The notes below the pieces were generated by a model. The model made no database searches and had not been told where the DNA came from. It was given only the letters and a program-made list of their open reading frames with translations. DNA of 59,705 nt, taken from assembly GCA_035476235.1 (NCBI GenBank), contig DATILQ010000266.1, forward strand, positions 1-59,705. Reading direction: 5' to 3'. The DNA is from Burkholderiales bacterium. Its GTDB lineage: Bacteria; Pseudomonadota; Gammaproteobacteria; Burkholderiales; SG8-39. Made by a program: the position numbers and the translations under genes. Below, one piece after another: positions 9,036 through 17,608 of this stretch (positions are counted from its first letter, which is position 1; each line of letters opens with the position of its first letter).

Positions 9036-9449
9036 TTATGCCCCGAACATTCGTCGATCGACCTTGCCCTCCAGCCTCTGAGCCAGTTCGGTCGAGAACC
9101 TGACGATCTGGTGAAACGGCCGGTGATAGAGGCGGATGTTTTCGATCTGTCCAGCTTCGTTGCGAGTGATGATGGTCGTACCCGCGATGTCGAAGCCGAA
9201 GCCCGCACCTTCCCATTCGAAGAACGTCTTGCGGCCCGCGACGGTCTCATGCGTGAAGTCCAGCCGGTCGTACATCGTCGTCGTGGCGGCGAAGAAGGCG
9301 CCAACGAGCTCCACACCGATGCAGCGTTCGTTCATGACCGACGTTTCAAGGGAAACGGTCCGGGAAAACGCCGCGGCGAACTCTGCCGTCCCATTTTTGC
9401 GCACCAAGGCTCTCCAGGGGCTGCCAGGCGCGCTCGGGGTCGGCGTCAT
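9036..9449 (-). CDS. NTF2/SnoaL-like fold protein
   Basis: 137 aa, sized and patterned like SnoaL-type proteins. Sits between the hydrolase and tag with gaps of 1-4 nt. Confidence 0.55.
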   Translation of the reverse strand: MTPTPSAPGSPWRALVRKNGTAEFAAAFSRTVSLETSVMNERCIGVELVGAFFAATTTMYDRLDFTHETVAGRKTFFEWEGAGFGFDIAGTTIITRNEAGQIENIRLYHRPFHQIVRFSTELAQRLEGKVDRRMFGA

Positions 9450-9450
9450 C

Positions 9451-10230
9451 TCATTGGCCCTTGGCGGATGTCCCCGACTTGTTGGCCGCTTCGACGATCA
9501 GCTTTGCGACGTCGGCGGGACGCGAGAGCATCGGCACATGGCTGGAAGGCAGCATGATCGTCTTCGCGTTCATCGCCTTGGCGAACTTGCGCTCGAGGTC
9601 CGGCTGGATCATCCGGTCGTTGCTCGCGACGACGTACCACGTGGGCTTGGCCTTCCAGGCGGCGTTCGCCACCTTGCCGCCAAAGGCGGCGGCGTTCGTC
9701 GGCCCCTGAGTCGCGGCCAGTACTCTGCGCTCTTGGATGGGAAGATCCTGTGCGAAGCTTTCGACGACGCCCTTGGTCGTGATCTTGAGGAAGCCCGCGG
9801 AGTCCGGCCGGACTTCCGCGCCTCCCGGAGCCGGGGGAAACTCCTTGCCAAGGTCGCCTAGCGCCTGACCGGCGTCAGGGGCAAATGCCGCCACGTAGAC
9901 GAGCCCGACGACCTTCGGCTCGGCTCCCGCCTCCGTGATCACCATCCCGCCGTACGAATGGCCCACGAGAATGACCGGGCCATCCTGAAGCGCGATGGCG
10001 CGTTTAGTGGTCGCCACGTCATCGGCGAGCGACGTGAGCGGATTCTGAACCGCCACGACATTGAGACCCGCCTTCTCGAGTAACGGGATCACCTTGGCCC
10101 AACTCGAGCCGTCGGCCCAAGCGCCATGCACCAGGACCACATTTCTGACGCGCGCGGCATCGCCATCCGCCGCGATCGTCAAGGCCGAAAATCCAAGGGC
10201 GAGGAACAAAGTCAGAAGGCGCGCACTCAT
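9451..10230 (-). CDS. Secreted alpha/beta-fold hydrolase
   Basis: The ATG at 10230 is preceded by GGAGG. Signal peptide, VLVHGAW oxyanion region and a GHSYGG nucleophile elbow. Confidence 0.85.
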   Translation of the reverse strand: MSARLLTLFLALGFSALTIAADGDAARVRNVVLVHGAWADGSSWAKVIPLLEKAGLNVVAVQNPLTSLADDVATTKRAIALQDGPVILVGHSYGGMVITEAGAEPKVVGLVYVAAFAPDAGQALGDLGKEFPPAPGGAEVRPDSAGFLKITTKGVVESFAQDLPIQERRVLAATQGPTNAAAFGGKVANAAWKAKPTWYVVASNDRMIQPDLERKFAKAMNAKTIMLPSSHVPMLSRPADVAKLIVEAANKSGTSAKGQ

Positions 10231-10335
10231 GGAACCTCCGAGGGTTGAAACGGCATTGGCCTTATGCCCGACGACCTTCTGCCCGTCTTGTACGGCCGGC
10301 CCGGATTTGTAAATTCGGACCATGAAACCCGATAG

Positions 10336-11277
10336 TTGACGCGTTCGGCCACCCTGACCAGACTAGTGACCGGCGTCCTTATGGGTCCCAGCGATCTGTC
10401 TTCGACCATCGGCAGGCGGTTCCACAGGCCGCCCGTACCTAGCGCCATCGCCTGCCTGCAGTCGAAAGATCCGATCACCTTCTCGCACGTCGCGAGCGGT
10501 ACGGCGATGTCCGCTCCGACCCTGGCGCCGCCGGTCGAGAACGCCTTCGCCGTGCACGTCCATCATGCGCCGCTGTTCCGCGGCGACATCTGGATCCAGG
10601 GAGGCCACCGGCGGATGCCAGTCGTGCCCGTTGGCGGCGTCTTCGTCTTCGACCTTCGCACCGAGCCGGTCGCCCAGGTCCACGAGCCCTTCGAGTTTTC
10701 GCGGTTCCAGATCTCGCGGGCCACGATGGACGAGCTCGCCTTCGAGCACGGCATCGGGCGCCTCGGCGACCTGCGCGCCCAGGCTTTCGAGCCCGATCCC
10801 GTCCTGAGGCACCTGGCGCAGGCGATGCTTCACCGGGTGCTTCATTTCGGGCCGGAGTCCGAAACGCTATTCAGCGACGGGATCGCGCTAGCCTTCTTTG
10901 CTCATATCGGGCAGAAGTACGCCGGCATTACCCGGGCGCCCGTCCTGGACGGAGTTCTCGCGCCCTGGCAAATGCGCCGGTTGACCGAATGGGTAGAGGC
11001 CCACCTGGACGGGTCGGTCTCCATTGCGGATCTGGCAGGGCTGGCGAATCTTTCGCGCACTCACTTTGCGCGGATGTTCCGGAGGTCTTTCGGGACGTCG
11101 CCTCACCAATGGCTGCTTTCGTGCCGCATCGACCGTGCCAAGAAATTGCTTAAAGGCCCGCTCCCGCTCGCGGCAGTCGCCGCCATGTGCGGATTTGTCG
11201 ACCAGAGCCACTTCACCAAGGTATTCACGCGGCTCGAAGGCGTAACGCCCGGCAGCTGGCGCCGGCAGCTGCAGTGA
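10336..11277 (+). CDS. AraC-family transcriptional regulator (start codon uncertain: TTG 10336, ATG 10381 or ATG 10507)
   Basis: C-terminal double HTH (SIADLAGLANLSRTHFARMFRRSFGTSPHQW...CGFVDQSHFTKVFTR). Confidence 0.85.
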   Translation: MTRSATLTRLVTGVLMGPSDLSSTIGRRFHRPPVPSAIACLQSKDPITFSHVASGTAMSAPTLAPPVENAFAVHVHHAPLFRGDIWIQGGHRRMPVVPVGGVFVFDLRTEPVAQVHEPFEFSRFQISRATMDELAFEHGIGRLGDLRAQAFEPDPVLRHLAQAMLHRVLHFGPESETLFSDGIALAFFAHIGQKYAGITRAPVLDGVLAPWQMRRLTEWVEAHLDGSVSIADLAGLANLSRTHFARMFRRSFGTSPHQWLLSCRIDRAKKLLKGPLPLAAVAAMCGFVDQSHFTKVFTRLEGVTPGSWRRQLQ

Positions 11278-11388
11278 CCAAACAACCGTGAGCGGCAAAT
11301 ACCTCGAGGACTTCGCGCCCGGCACAAGCGGGCCGCTTGACCGCGGATCGACCATGAACGGATCACTGCTCCGGAAAGGAGAACGATC

Positions 11389-11835
11389 ATGTCAGGAAGC
11401 ACCATCCGGCTGCATCGTGTACTGCGCGCGACGCCCGACAGGGTATATCGGGCGTTCCTCGATCCGAACGCCATGGCGAAATGGCTGCCCCCGAACGGCT
11501 TCACCGGCAAGGTCCATCATATGGAGGCCAAAGTCGGCGGGACTCACAAGATGTCGTTCACCAATTTCAGCACCGGCAAAAGCCACTCCTTCGGCGGACG
11601 ATATCTCGAACTGAGGCCGCACGAGCGCATCCGCTACACCGACAATTTCGACGACCCGAATCTCCCGGGGGAAATGCAGACCACGGTAACGTTGAAGAAG
11701 GTCTCGTGCGGAACTGAGTTGAACATCGTGCAAGAAGGCGTTCCCGACGTCATCCCGGCCGAGGCGTGCTACCTCGGCTGGCAGGAGTCCCTTGCGTTGC
11801 TCGCGAAGCTCGTAGAGGCCGAAATTCCGGACTAG
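11389..11835 (+). CDS. SRPBCC-superfamily protein (Aha1/AHSA1-like)
   Basis: AAGGAG RBS upstream. IRLHRVLRATPDRVYRAFLDPNAMAKWLPP and GGRYLELRPHERIRYT are typical blocks of this family. Confidence 0.85.
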   Translation: MSGSTIRLHRVLRATPDRVYRAFLDPNAMAKWLPPNGFTGKVHHMEAKVGGTHKMSFTNFSTGKSHSFGGRYLELRPHERIRYTDNFDDPNLPGEMQTTVTLKKVSCGTELNIVQEGVPDVIPAEACYLGWQESLALLAKLVEAEIPD

Positions 11836-11895
11836 CTCCGGTAGCGCAGCGCATCGACCATCAGGGTACCTAAAACCTCCAACTACGGGAGATCC

Positions 11896-12540
11896 ATGAA
11901 AGTTGGCATCCTGGGTTCGGGATTGATGGGCGGGAAGCTGGGAACGATCTTCGCGCGAGCCGGACACGAGGTGGTATTCAGCTATGCGCGCAGCGAGCAG
12001 AAGCTGAAGCGGCTCGCGCGCGAGGCGGGCGGCAGCGCGCGCGCCGGGACGCCGCGTGAGGCGGCGCACGACGCGGACGCGGTCTTGCTGGCCGTGCACT
12101 GGCTGCGGTTCGACGATGTTCTGAAACAGGCAGGCGACCTGTCGGGAAGGCTCGTCGTGACCTGCTCAATGCCGATGAACGAGGACGACACCGAGCTCGT
12201 CGTGGCCCATACCTCGTCGGGCGCGGAGGAACTGGCGAAAAGGATTCCCAAAGCTCGCGTCGTGGCAGCATTCGGGACCGTCCCGAGCGAAGTGTTCTTC
12301 GACGTCTATGAAGCGAGGCGCAAAGCGAAGCGGCCGAGCCTGCTGTACTGCGGCGACGACCGGCGCGGCAAGGAAGTGGCCGCCGGCCTGATCCGCGACA
12401 TCGGCTTCGATCCGGTGGACGCCGGGCCTTTGCGGATCGCCCGCTATACCGAGCCGTTCACGATGCTCGTGGCCCAGCTCGCTTACGAAATGGATGGAGG
12501 CCCGGAATTGGCGTATCGCTTCGAGCGGTTCGGAAAATAG
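11896..12540 (+). CDS. NADPH-dependent F420 reductase-like / NADP oxidoreductase
   Basis: N-terminal Rossmann motif MKVGILGSGLMGGKLG and about 214 aa with the family's overall pattern. Confidence 0.8.
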   Translation: MKVGILGSGLMGGKLGTIFARAGHEVVFSYARSEQKLKRLAREAGGSARAGTPREAAHDADAVLLAVHWLRFDDVLKQAGDLSGRLVVTCSMPMNEDDTELVVAHTSSGAEELAKRIPKARVVAAFGTVPSEVFFDVYEARRKAKRPSLLYCGDDRRGKEVAAGLIRDIGFDPVDAGPLRIARYTEPFTMLVAQLAYEMDGGPELAYRFERFGK

Positions 12541-12554
12541 GGGCAGATACCCGG

Positions 12555-12812
12555 TTATAGATAGGTTTCATCGACATAACACCACGCCCACTTGCTATCC
12601 GGGAACGTCTTCATGACCGGATGCCCGGTGTCACGGAAGTGGGCGGTGGCATGCCGACCCGGCGTTGAATCGCAGCAGCCCACATGACCGCAAGTCTGGC
12701 AGATTCGCAGCTCAACCCATTTCTGCCCTGACTTGAGGCATTCCTCGCAGCCGTTACCGCTCGGTGCAGGAGCGTTCGCCAGGAGATTGCGATGCGAGCA
12801 TTGATTTGCCAT
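12555..12812 (-). CDS. UBP-type zinc-finger protein
   Basis: 85 aa with the Cys/His pattern CEEC...CQTCGHVGCCDS...H...H characteristic of zf-UBP. Confidence 0.8.
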   Translation of the reverse strand: MANQCSHRNLLANAPAPSGNGCEECLKSGQKWVELRICQTCGHVGCCDSTPGRHATAHFRDTGHPVMKTFPDSKWAWCYVDETYL

Positions 12813-12841
12813 GCGGGCAGCCTAGCTGACTCTGACTCCAG

Positions 12842-14332
12842 TCATTCGGGCATTCCGGCCAGTCGCAGGCATTCTGCGAGATGGCGGCTATCGTCGGCAT
12901 CCTTGAACGGCATCCTGGCGACCAGCTTATCGACGGTGGCGCCAGGCTGAACCGCCAGGCACCGCGCCACCACTTCCCGCGCGCGTTCCGATTGCCCGAG
13001 CTTCGCGTGGCACGCCGCCAGCATCGCGAGTGCCCGCAGAGAGTGGTTCGTCACTCCCCGCTCGAAATCCGGCAAGGCATCGGCGTAGCGGCGCAACACG
13101 AATTGGGCGACGCCCAGCCCGCGCCAGTACCAGCCAGGCCCGAAATACGGGTCCGCGCGCCGCGCCTCCCGCAGCATCTCGAGCCCCTCTTCGGCGCGGC
13201 CGATGTGGGACAGAACGATGCCGAAATCGGCCCGATTCCATTGGTTAGCGGGGTTCATCTCGAGGCCGCGCGCCGCATGGTGCAGAGCAAGATCGAACAA
13301 TCGCTGCTCCATGCAAAACTGTCCCAGGATAGTGTGGCAAGTACTTTCGTCTTCGGCCAGCTCAACGGCGCGCCGCGCCAATGCGAATGCGCGATCGAGG
13401 GTTTCGCGTGGTGCCGACAGGTCGTTCTCCCATTCCCGGGCGACCAACGCTGCCAGCAGGCTGTGAGGCAGTCCGTAGCCGGGGTCGATCTCGATCGCAC
13501 GCTCGAAGGCGCGCTTCGCCTCGGCTGCCGAGGCGGGGTCGTCCCACGGCAGCGCGTTGCCGCGCAGCATATGATCGTAAGCGTCCATACTCGACGGGGG
13601 TTTGCGGCGGGCGCGATCGGCTCCGCTCGCCTGCATGCGGCCCACCAGGGTTCCGACGATCGTCTGCACCACCTCGTCCTGCACCGCAAAGAGTTCTGCC
13701 AGCGGACGATCGAAGCGCTCGCCCCAGACATGATTACCGGTCTCGGAATTGATGAGCTGCGCGGTGATCCGGATGCGTTCCCCCAGCCGGCGCACGCTGC
13801 CCTCGACGAGGTAACGAACGCCCAGCTCGCCCCCGACCCGCTGCATGTCGACGGACTTGCCCTTGAACCGGAAGGTCGAGTTGCGCGAAGTCACCGCCAG
13901 CGAGCGCCATCGCGACAGGTCGGTGATGATGTCCTCGGTGATGCCGTCGGCGAGATAGTCCTTCTCCGGATCGCCTCCCATGTCGAGGAACGGCAATACC
14001 GCGATCGACAGCGATTCGTGGGTGGAAACAGCCTCCGCGCCGAGTGCCGCGGTGAACCGATAGCCTCGCCCCGGAATCGTGGCTATCGATTGAGGCCCCA
14101 GGACCTTGCGCAGGGCGCTGATCTGCACCTGAAGGTTGTTCTCCTCCACCACCAGCCCGGGCCAGACCAGCTCAAGCAACTCCTCCTTGGTGACCAGGCG
14201 CTCGCGCCGCTCGATCAAGGCGAGCAGAACGTCCAACGCCCTCGCCCCCAGCGCCACTGGCAGCCCCTCCGCGAGCAGTTGCCGGCTAGCCGGATTGAGC
14301 TCGAACCCGCCGAAGCGGTATGGGTTGTTCAC
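12842..14332 (-). CDS. CadC/OmpR-type winged-helix DNA-binding regulator fused to a TolB-like region and TPR repeats
   Basis: The N-terminus (YRFGGFELNPASRQLL...LGARALDVLLALIERRERLVTKEELLELVWPG...GRGYRF) is a trans_reg_C domain with no receiver domain. The C-terminal half is TPR-like. Confidence 0.85.
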   Translation of the reverse strand: MNNPYRFGGFELNPASRQLLAEGLPVALGARALDVLLALIERRERLVTKEELLELVWPGLVVEENNLQVQISALRKVLGPQSIATIPGRGYRFTAALGAEAVSTHESLSIAVLPFLDMGGDPEKDYLADGITEDIITDLSRWRSLAVTSRNSTFRFKGKSVDMQRVGGELGVRYLVEGSVRRLGERIRITAQLINSETGNHVWGERFDRPLAELFAVQDEVVQTIVGTLVGRMQASGADRARRKPPSSMDAYDHMLRGNALPWDDPASAAEAKRAFERAIEIDPGYGLPHSLLAALVAREWENDLSAPRETLDRAFALARRAVELAEDESTCHTILGQFCMEQRLFDLALHHAARGLEMNPANQWNRADFGIVLSHIGRAEEGLEMLREARRADPYFGPGWYWRGLGVAQFVLRRYADALPDFERGVTNHSLRALAMLAACHAKLGQSERAREVVARCLAVQPGATVDKLVARMPFKDADDSRHLAECLRLAGMPE

Positions 14333-14359
14333 CCGCGGAAATCTACCCCAATGGCGGCC

Positions 14360-14387
14360 GTTTCAGAAGGTTTCAGCCACGCTTCAG
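14360..14387. promoter_or_regulatory. Phased heptamer repeats GTTTCAG (14360-14366), GTTTCAG (14370-14376), GCTTCAG (14381-14387); candidate winged-helix regulator sites
   Basis: Read directly in the divergent region 28-55 bp upstream of the CadC-like regulator start. The period is 10-11 bp. An inverted copy CTGAAAC lies at 14431-14437. Confidence 0.3.
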
Positions 14388-14475
14388 CCGCCTAAAGGAC
14401 TGAATCGGCCCGGCAGCGAGACCCTACGCACTGAAACGCCAGGTGTCCAACCGATTCAACTTTAGGAGATTCGCC

Positions 14476-14700
14476 ATGAACACATCGACCCTGACCGTCG
14501 CGAGCGCGGCCCTGGCCACCGTCATCGCCCTGGGGATTCTGTGGGGGGTAGTCACTCTTTTCCAGAGCAGAGGTGCGCCGATGGAACGGCTCGCTGCCGC
14601 CGAGCGTGCCTGCGCCGAGCACGCATTCCAATCGGAGCGTGCGGCCTGCATGAATGAATGGCTTGCGGCGTCGCGGCCCGAGACCATCGCGCATCGTTAA
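14476..14700 (+). CDS. Small membrane-anchored hypothetical protein (74 aa)
   Basis: The ATG at 14476 is preceded by AGGAG. One N-terminal TM segment (LTVASAALATVIALGILWGVVTLF) and a Cys-containing helical tail. Confidence 0.4.
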   Translation: MNTSTLTVASAALATVIALGILWGVVTLFQSRGAPMERLAAAERACAEHAFQSERAACMNEWLAASRPETIAHR

Positions 14701-15495
14701 TCACAGCGGAAACGGGTTATCGGTGTTCAGGTTGTAGTTCCTTCCTGCGGGGAAATGGGCGCTGATGACGGACTGGAAGTCCTGCCACGCTGTCGATTTA
14801 CCGGTGAGGTTCTGGTAGGTCGCTGCGAGCGTCGGGCCGCCGGAGGCCACGATATCGGTCCAGTTCCTGTTCAACTGAAACCGCAGCCAGTTGAGAAACA
14901 GCACCGAGCAACCGATCGATGGATAGTGCGTGTCGGACGGATACGTTTGCTCGACGTAGTTCGCCCGCGGGCTGTTGAGCCAGGAATTGGACGATATGAA
15001 GCCAGCCGGCTCGACGCCCCTGTAAATGTCGTTCGCGAGGACCCGCGAGAGGCCTTCGCCGTTGCTCGCGCCGCAATCCCAGCCGCGGCCGAAGTTCGCC
15101 ATGAACACTTCGTCGGCCTCCGCCACCAGCAGCGAGCGGATGAAATCCACCGCACCGCCTGACTTTCCGCCGATCGAGACGTCGGTTCCCATGCAGCTCG
15201 AATGCGATGCGCCGGTAGCGTCGGGGGTAATCTGCACAATGAATGGCAGCCGGTGCGGCGTGATGCCGCCGAAAACCTGCTGCAGCGTGGCGTAGTCCCG
15301 CTCGCAGTTCTGCAGGATCGCATCCGCGAGAGCAACGCCCGTCTTGCCCAGGCTGGTCACGTAGGAAACATCGAAATGGTCCGTATTTCCGACGTGCGTC
15401 AGCTGGCTTTGCCGACGCATTCCCATGACCGCGGCCCGGCGTGCCCGGGCAACGGTAACGCGGTGATGCACGTTGCTAATCAGTTTCTTCGCCAT
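14701..15495 (-). CDS. Hypothetical protein (264 aa) with no family I can name
   Basis: Long ORF with non-biased composition, unlike the GC-artefact ORFs. Start taken at the ATG at 15495. No signal peptide. Its stop abuts the stop of the convergent small ORF with zero spacing. Confidence 0.6.
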   Translation of the reverse strand: MAKKLISNVHHRVTVARARRAAVMGMRRQSQLTHVGNTDHFDVSYVTSLGKTGVALADAILQNCERDYATLQQVFGGITPHRLPFIVQITPDATGASHSSCMGTDVSIGGKSGGAVDFIRSLLVAEADEVFMANFGRGWDCGASNGEGLSRVLANDIYRGVEPAGFISSNSWLNSPRANYVEQTYPSDTHYPSIGCSVLFLNWLRFQLNRNWTDIVASGGPTLAATYQNLTGKSTAWQDFQSVISAHFPAGRNYNLNTDNPFPL

Positions 15496-15586
15496 TTGTC
15501 TAACCCTCTCAATGGACGCAGAGGTAAAACGCGGCACGATTTTTACATAAACGCTAGGGATCTCGGCTCAAGGGTATAGTGGCTCG

Positions 15587-16567
15587 GTGGCTACCCGACG
15601 GGCCTTCATCGCGGGCGCGCTTGCGGTCGTCGCTGCGCCGCTCGCCGCGCAGGAGACGAAGGCCGGGCGGGTCTACCGCATCGGCGTGCTCGAGTCGGTC
15701 TCCCTTGCCGACAATGCGGCGAACATCGATGAATTTCGAAACGGGCTGCGCGAGCTTGGTTATGTCGAGGGTCAAAACCTGCTGATCGAGTATCGCTCGG
15801 CGGAGGGCCGCGTGGCCCTCTACCCGAATCTCGCCGCCGAACTGGGCGGGCTCAACGTCGATTTGATCGTCGCCCGCGGCACGCCCGCGACGCTGGCCGC
15901 CAAGAACGCTCGCGGAAAGATTCCGGTAGTCACCGCTCCGGTCGCAGACCCGGTGGAGAGCGGACTGGTAGCGAGCCTCGCGCGCCCGGGCGGCAACGTC
16001 ACGGGCCTTGCCATGCTGGTGAGTGAGCTGGAGACCAAGCGGGTCGATCTGCTGCGCGCCCTCGCCCCCCGCACGAAGCGGGTTGCGGCTCTCATGAATA
16101 TGCGCAGTCCGACATTCGCCTCCGTGTGGAAAGCCATAGACGAGGCGGCGCGATCCATGGGACTACAGGCGCTGCTGGTCGACGTGAGAAGGTTCGCTCA
16201 AGTCGCGCCCGCGCTCCGAACCGCAAAAGCGCAGGCCGCCGATGCCCTCGTCGTGCGACTCGGACCGCTTACGGAAGCCCGCCGCCGAGCGCTCGTCGAG
16301 CTCGCCGCGCAGCATCGGCTGCCGGCGATCTATGAGTCCCGGCTGTTCGTCGACGCCGGCGGACTGGTTTCGTACGGCGTGAGCTCACCGTCGACGTATT
16401 ACCGCGCAGCCACGTTCGTTGACAAGATCTTCAAGGGCGCGAACCCGGCCGAGCTGCCCATGGAGCGGCCGACGAAGTTCGAGCTGATCATCAACCGCAA
16501 GGCCGTGAAGGCGCTCGACCTGGTCGTGCCGCCGGATCTGCTGCTGCGCTCGAACGAGATGGTTTAA
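15587..16567 (+). CDS. ABC-transporter substrate-binding protein (ABC_sub_bind type); no cognate permease or ATPase nearby
   Basis: GTG start and a Tat/Sec-like signal (RRAFIAGALAVVAAPLAAQ). YRIGVL...GNVTG...LPAIY are family blocks. Confidence 0.85.
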   Translation: MATRRAFIAGALAVVAAPLAAQETKAGRVYRIGVLESVSLADNAANIDEFRNGLRELGYVEGQNLLIEYRSAEGRVALYPNLAAELGGLNVDLIVARGTPATLAAKNARGKIPVVTAPVADPVESGLVASLARPGGNVTGLAMLVSELETKRVDLLRALAPRTKRVAALMNMRSPTFASVWKAIDEAARSMGLQALLVDVRRFAQVAPALRTAKAQAADALVVRLGPLTEARRRALVELAAQHRLPAIYESRLFVDAGGLVSYGVSSPSTYYRAATFVDKIFKGANPAELPMERPTKFELIINRKAVKALDLVVPPDLLLRSNEMV

Positions 16568-17532
16568 TCGACCGTCACGTTGTAGCGGGTGACAAGGCTC
16601 GACCAGCGCTCGATTTCTTCGTGCAGGAACTCGACGTGCCGCGCGGGCGCGATCGCCAGCACGCGGCCGCCGTCGCGCTCCACCCGGCCGGCAAACTCGG
16701 CATCGCGGATGATCCCGGCGAGCGCGCTGCGCAGGGTGGCGAGGACCGGGCCCGGCGTGCCGGCCGGCGCGAACAGCGCGAACCAGCTCTCGCCCTCGAA
16801 GTTGAGCAGGCCCGACTCGCTGAGGGTCGGCACGCCATCGAGCTGCGGCGAGCGGCTCGCCGAGGAAACGGCAAGCGCCTTCAGGCGGCCTGCCTGGACG
16901 TGGTGCTTGGCCGCCGACAGGTTGTCCAGCATCACGTCGAGCCGGCCGGCGAGCATTTCCTGGTGCGCGGCGGGCGCTCCCTTGAACGGCACGTGGACCA
17001 TGTCCAGGCCAAGGCTCTTGAACAGGATCGTTCCCCAGACGTGTTGCAGCGTGCCGAGGCCCGCCGAGCCATAGGTGAGCATGCCCGGCCTTTCTTTCGC
17101 GTACTGCACGAGCTCCTGCAGGCTGGAGCCAGGCAAGTCGGCACGCGCCACCAGCACGAACGGATAGGCGGAGAGGTAGCCGAGCGGCACGAAGTCGCGC
17201 AGCGGCTCATAGGGCAGGTTCTTGAGCAGCGCGCGGTTCATGACCATGTTGAAGATGCCGCCGACGAGAAGGGTGTATCCGTCAGGTGCGGCTTTGGCGA
17301 CATACTCGGTGCCGATCAGCGAGCCGGCGCCGGGACGGTTCTCGACGATCGCAGCCTGGCGGAACCGCTCACCCAGCTTTTGCGCGACATGACGCGCGAG
17401 GATATCGGTGCCGCCCCCCGCGCCGATCGGCACGATCAGACGAATCGGGCGCGCAGGGTACTCCTGCGCGAGGGCGGTGACGCCGAACAGCCAGATCAGG
17501 ACGCAGCCGGCATGACGCGAGAAGGAGCCCAT
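16564..17532 (-). CDS. Bug-family (TctC-like) tripartite tricarboxylate transporter substrate-binding protein; orphan
   Basis: Starting at the ATG at 17532, the protein has a signal peptide, then YPARPIRLIVPIGAGGGTDILAR and PDGYTLL blocks typical of Bug proteins. No tctA/tctB nearby. Confidence 0.9.
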   Translation of the reverse strand: MGSFSRHAGCVLIWLFGVTALAQEYPARPIRLIVPIGAGGGTDILARHVAQKLGERFRQAAIVENRPGAGSLIGTEYVAKAAPDGYTLLVGGIFNMVMNRALLKNLPYEPLRDFVPLGYLSAYPFVLVARADLPGSSLQELVQYAKERPGMLTYGSAGLGTLQHVWGTILFKSLGLDMVHVPFKGAPAAHQEMLAGRLDVMLDNLSAAKHHVQAGRLKALAVSSASRSPQLDGVPTLSESGLLNFEGESWFALFAPAGTPGPVLATLRSALAGIIRDAEFAGRVERDGGRVLAIAPARHVEFLHEEIERWSSLVTRYNVTVD

Positions 17533-17608
17533 CCGGCCTGGAACTTTACACCGCGTTTGTCGGTTTCCTCGCGCTTGGCCTAGACTTCTCAGCGGAGGCC
17601 GGACCGCG

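Noticed and set aside
12881-14395. 504-aa plus-strand ORF antisense to the CadC-like/TPR regulator
   Set aside because: Same reasoning. The minus-strand frame has a clear winged-helix and TPR pattern, while this frame is Arg/Pro/Gln-rich with no domain.
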